A program made the translations under genes and the position numbers. The notes beneath the pieces were generated by a model. That model was given only the letters and a program-made list of their open reading frames with translations, searched no databases and was not told where the DNA came from. This document shows, piece after piece, positions 61,001 through 64,000 of a stretch of DNA of 64,000 nucleotides (position 1 is its first letter; the number at the start of each line of letters is the position of its first letter). The DNA is from Schmidtea nova (Eukaryota): contig CM097882.1 of assembly GCA_044892505.1 (NCBI GenBank), forward strand, positions 104,284,001 to 104,348,000, read 5' to 3'.

Positions 61001-61852
61001 TCTTCTACGGCTTTAGATAAAAACTATTACAAACTTTTAAATAATAGTCTTTATGGGAAAACGGTTGAAAATCTTAAGAAACGACTCAATTTACGACTAT
61101 GTAATTCAGCATCAAAACTGATTACATATACTTCAAAACCTACCTTTAAAAAAACTTATAGAATTGATGATGACCTAGTTTCTGTCTTGCTTAATAAGGA
61201 CTCTGTGTGTTTAGATAGACCCAGCTACATTGGTCAAACTGTACTGGATTTATCTAAACTTAGGATGTACCAGCTGCAGTATGAAGAGTTACAAAAATAT
61301 CGTAACGAATTCAACTGCGAAATTAACATCGTTGCTGGTGACACCGATTCATTTTTTCTTGAGATTAGAAATTGTAAGCTTGATATTCTTTTACCGGCCA
61401 TGATAAGAGATAACTTACTTGACACTTCTAATTATGATCCGAATCACCCATTATACAGTAGGAACCTAGATTCCGTCATTGGTAAATTCAAAGACGAGAA
61501 TAAAGGATTCAAGTATGATGAGTGGGTATTCCTTAGGCCAAAGTGTTACAGTCTTTTAGGTGATGAAGAGTGCATTAAGGCTAAGGGTATAACATTGAAG
61601 GATACTAAACTGAATCATCAGTCGTATCTGGATTGTTATAATAATAATTCAATAGTTTCTGTTGATCAGTCGAGAATAGTTAGTAAGAATCATCAACTCT
61701 TTACTAATAAATCTTCTAAGATTGCCTTGACTAATCTTGACGACAAAAGACTTTGGGTGGGAAAAAATGTTAGTCTGGCTTATGGTCATTATAAGGGAAT
61801 TGATGTGGTTATGGGTGTGCGTGAAGATGCTGCTGATGAACAATTTGCCTGA
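58034..61852 (+). CDS. Protein-primed DNA polymerase B polyprotein (N-terminal extension, terminal-protein region, endonuclease VII-like insert)
   Basis: VYADFE exonuclease motif, RDHDHYTGEYLGAACNSCN, FHNLKGYD, YIDINNLYGWA, KLLNNSLYGK, GDTDS, KCY, KAKG. An N gap at 58181-58336 leaves N-terminal continuity unproven. Confidence 0.95.
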   Translation: MERYYSYTHNRISYLICPICKSTSVSSYVDFYKLHCEHLNQFQCSKKSIXXXXXXXXXXXXXXXXXXXXXXXXXXXXXXXXXXXXXXXXXXXXXXXXXXXXCDPTPNKLIKLNEIVVLSDDDDIVIVSDDDDIAVPSEIVVLSDDEPIIDVQYGGSLLPNVKFDLRKSHAVVKMDVSHLVLKTLILPDILINKLNNVINEMGSVKIQFCIDVEFEKDGEFQSFIISNSARPMSDTFFDEGIALLNEKISLINDKGSNWVINKVNEIHFVVTKFAQISRLSGRGHIETPQSLQLKYCTVNVRNSDDLCFIYSILAILKYDEVDGHRYRTSSYNLSDLDFVRSDLPMRLCNIPKFEAKNPGLAINVFSYDEDALLDTLANPEVFKHPCVDIIHRSKVVGGTPINLILLESGDAYHYIAVTDLDRLLNYRNHHFSDTRVQSIWCHRCLNGFRKQEAFDCHQQLCAKNQLGTTLYTLPRNKNLKFSNWGKTITPPFVVYADFEAILPTDEKYFQRHVPISAGLLLVNNFTGEKIYKSFLGLDCVTNFLTEISNISETIVYPFYRTNYKKPLFMTSANQQSFDSATICYLCKKTLVQPVRDHDHYTGEYLGAACNSCNQSRRLYKFLPVIFHNLKGYDLHHILKYGLANFSTWKISCIPTTSEKFLTLSARVGDLTIKFIDSCQFVNSSLNDAVKTLTCLPLTRSEFTGTIVDCKGIFPYDFATSLEILNNTYELPPIWKGVKQDEYDKALVIWRESQCQTLCDYMMVYLKLDVFLLADFFQQFRAKSIAHNRLEPLNFLGIPGMSWASALITLDEPIELLQDMEIYNFFEGGIRGGLTFVNKHHVVSSETTELLYIDINNLYGWALSQKLPYGEFSWITDQNKLNKLIKLMDADLAILTYGVTFEVDLEIPSEIHDKLNDFPVAAEKMCAPGSKVEKLMLTHYPKFNYVVHWRLLKLFVSLGVKITRVHRAVQYKQKPIFKKYIDTNTELRAASSTALDKNYYKLLNNSLYGKTVENLKKRLNLRLCNSASKLITYTSKPTFKKTYRIDDDLVSVLLNKDSVCLDRPSYIGQTVLDLSKLRMYQLQYEELQKYRNEFNCEINIVAGDTDSFFLEIRNCKLDILLPAMIRDNLLDTSNYDPNHPLYSRNLDSVIGKFKDENKGFKYDEWVFLRPKCYSLLGDEECIKAKGITLKDTKLNHQSYLDCYNNNSIVSVDQSRIVSKNHQLFTNKSSKIALTNLDDKRLWVGKNVSLAYGHYKGIDVVMGVREDAADEQFA

Positions 61853-62626
61853 AGATTTATTTAAATAAAGTTTTATTTTTAAATACTTTGTGTTTTTTGT
61901 TGTTTTTCTAGTTAATATTACTTTTTATTGTTGAGCGTTAAATTCTGGTTATTTATATGTAAAAGATCTTGAATTTTAACCATTTTTAACCAAGTAAGGT
62001 TTTTTCATGTTAAATTTACCATAGAAGACCAATTTTTCATGTTTTTACTTTTTGACCCTTTTTTGTTCGCCATTGAATTCCCAGTAGATTGGTATAAAAA
62101 TTATTTAAATCCGAGCATTTTTGAAATTTTTGGGTAAAAATTTGAAAAAATTAATTTATTTTATATTTTTTGTAAAAATTATGAAAAAATAAATAAAAAT
62201 TATTAAATTACAGTATTACATCATCAATTGCGTAAGGGATTTCGTGTTATGTAAGAATTTATATTTTTTGTAAATAATTACGTAATAATGACGTAATAAT
62301 GACGTAATCATTACGCAATAATTACGTAATAGTTACATAATAGTTACGTAATGATGACGTAATAATGACGTAATAATTACGTAATAATTACGTAATGATT
62401 ATGTAATAATTGCGTAATGATTACGTAATGGTTACGTAATGATTACGTAATGATTATGTAATGATTATGTAATGATTACGTAATAATATATAATATTACG
62501 TAATTTTGGGGGGGGGGTGGGGGGGGGTGGGGGGGGTGGGGGGGGGTAGGCAACTGTATAATTATTACGTAATATATACAGTTTAGGGATAAATGGCTTG
62601 GCCCCGTGTCCTCACTATCCCCTACT
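61297..62626 (-). repeat. Right TIR (1330 bp), overlapping the PolB 3' end
   Basis: Pairs with the left TIR; contains the 11-bp ATTACGTAAT array and G-runs at 62508-62546. Confidence 0.95.
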
Positions 62627-62694
62627 AATATCTGGTATTTATAGTTCATTAATTAAATCAATATAAACAATATCTATTACTTTGTAATTAGAAA

Positions 62695-63262
62695 ATTGAA
62701 TTAAGAAATGATGCAGTTTATCAAATCGTTTGTCCGAGTAATAGTGGAAAAACTTTATTTGTTTGTAAATTACTCAAATCGAATCTGTTTGAATCAAAAT
62801 TTCATAAAATTTACTTGCACAGAGGTGCAGGCAAAGAACATGGATTAACACAAAACAGTTTCTGTAAATTGAAAATGACAATAGTCAAAAGATTTATATC
62901 AGAAAGGCAATAAAGAAAAAGATTTCAATAATTTATTTATGAAAATAAGTCGTCATTTAGGTGTTACGGTTATTTTCATCACACAAAACTTTTTTCATCA
63001 AGGTGGTGCAAATTGTAGACGAAATTTAAATGTCCAATATTAGATTATTTTCAATGATCCAATAGATCAGACTGTTAATGCTTTCCTGGCGAGACAGGCA
63101 TATCCTAATAATCGAAATTTCTTAATTGAATCGTTTCAGAATGCAACTAAAAATCCCCATGGGTACTTATTTCTCGATTTCACACAACAATGTCTAGATG
63201 AATTAAGACTTAGAACCGATATTTTCAATGAAAAAGGAATAACCGTATATAAACAAACATAA
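62695..63262 (+). pseudogene. Packaging ATPase pseudogene of the older Polinton
   Basis: ELRNDAVYQIVCPSNSGKTLFVCKLL; start codon lost, a deletion removes Walker B, and there are frameshifts. Confidence 0.88.
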
Positions 63263-63402
63263 TATCATTATAAAAAAATATAAAAATGGCATTCAAAAAC
63301 TTTATGATGAAGAAACTTTCAAAGAAAAAAATCAAAAAAGCTGTCGAATTATGAACTTTTTCCTATAAAGAAACAAACAAAGAAACGAAGAAATAAAAAG
63401 AG

Positions 63403-63443
<41 letters not shown>

Positions 63444-63498
63444 AAGAAAAGATGGATTCGAATAAAGACAAATATCAAGAAAATAAAAAAAATATAAA

Positions 63499-64000
63499 AT
63501 GACAAAGTTACAAAGAAGATTACCGTATTTCAATGCATTATTAAAGGCACCGAAATTATCGAGAATGAAAATTCTTCAATCTTTTCCTACTTTTCTTGTA
63601 GATGATTTAATGGAAATTATTGTAAATGTTGTAAGAGGTAATGTCGATATTAGCAAACAGAAAAGAGAAATATTGAAAAAACATAGAAAATCGTTATTGA
63701 AGTTAAAAACAAGAAACGAATGAAACAAATTATATAAAAAACAACAAGGTGGGTTTATAGCAGCATTGCTACCATTAGCATTATCATTACTTGGTGGAGC
63801 TGGATTAATAGGACAGTAACGACAATAAACAATGGGAAATAATTCATCATTATCTAACTTCAATCTGAATTTCAAATCAAGTTGTTGCAATGTAGGAGAT
63901 ATGGACCAATCTAGAAAACGAAGTAGATTTCGGTGGAGTCGCAAAATTTTAAAAAAAACCCGAATTCGAAAAAAAGAAACCCAAAATTAGTTGAGCAGTC
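63499..64000 (+). pseudogene. Older Polinton continuation: pX-like gene (internal stop), MG..SCC small ORF, integrase 5' fragment
   Basis: LPYFNALLKAP..DDLMEIIVNVVRGNV; IWTNLENEVDFGGVAKF* vs IWTNPKDPDGFAGVNKI. Confidence 0.85.

Larger units (their letters stand above)
47105..62626. mobile_element. Complete Polinton/Maverick (adintovirus-like), 15,522 bp
   Basis: Termini AGTAGGGGATAGTGAGG / CCTCACTATCCCCTACT; perfect 6-bp TSD AATATC (47099-47104 and 62627-62632); full gene set of PolB, integrase, ATPase, protease, major and minor capsid proteins. Confidence 0.97.

Overview
AT-rich eukaryotic (animal-like) genomic DNA with several N gaps and one clear host gene: a two-exon Diaphanous-type formin (19873-21316 + 34336-36209). 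Its 13-kb intron holds a Buster-type hAT element with intact termini and an 8-bp TSD, MITE/Helitron-like pieces, and a 376-bp-arm palindrome carrying two Penelope-type minimal hammerhead ribozymes. The rest of the window is a Polinton/Maverick hotspot. A young, apparently complete 15.5-kb element (47105-62626, 6-bp TSD AATATC, ~1.3-kb TIRs) encodes protein-primed PolB, integrase, packaging ATPase, two pentons, major capsid protein, adenain-like protease and putative core proteins. It inserted between the divergent TBP-like and ATPase genes of an older, decayed relative. Four more Polinton-type termini occur at 8212, 8832, 14600 and 41919. The most notable observations are: (1) a minimised TATA-binding-protein-like gene in both the young and the old Polinton; (2) a Bcl-2-family pseudogene beside a Polinton accessory gene, and an intact spliced IAP-type RING gene between Polinton-type termini; (3) Daxx-like tandem SUMO-interacting motifs at the PolB N-terminus; (4) TIRs that expanded into the PolB gene and left a fossil of the older boundary; (5) transcription-factor-site-like arrays in the termini. 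All homology calls were made by eye from remembered family motifs; no database searches were run. The host species cannot be determined from this window.
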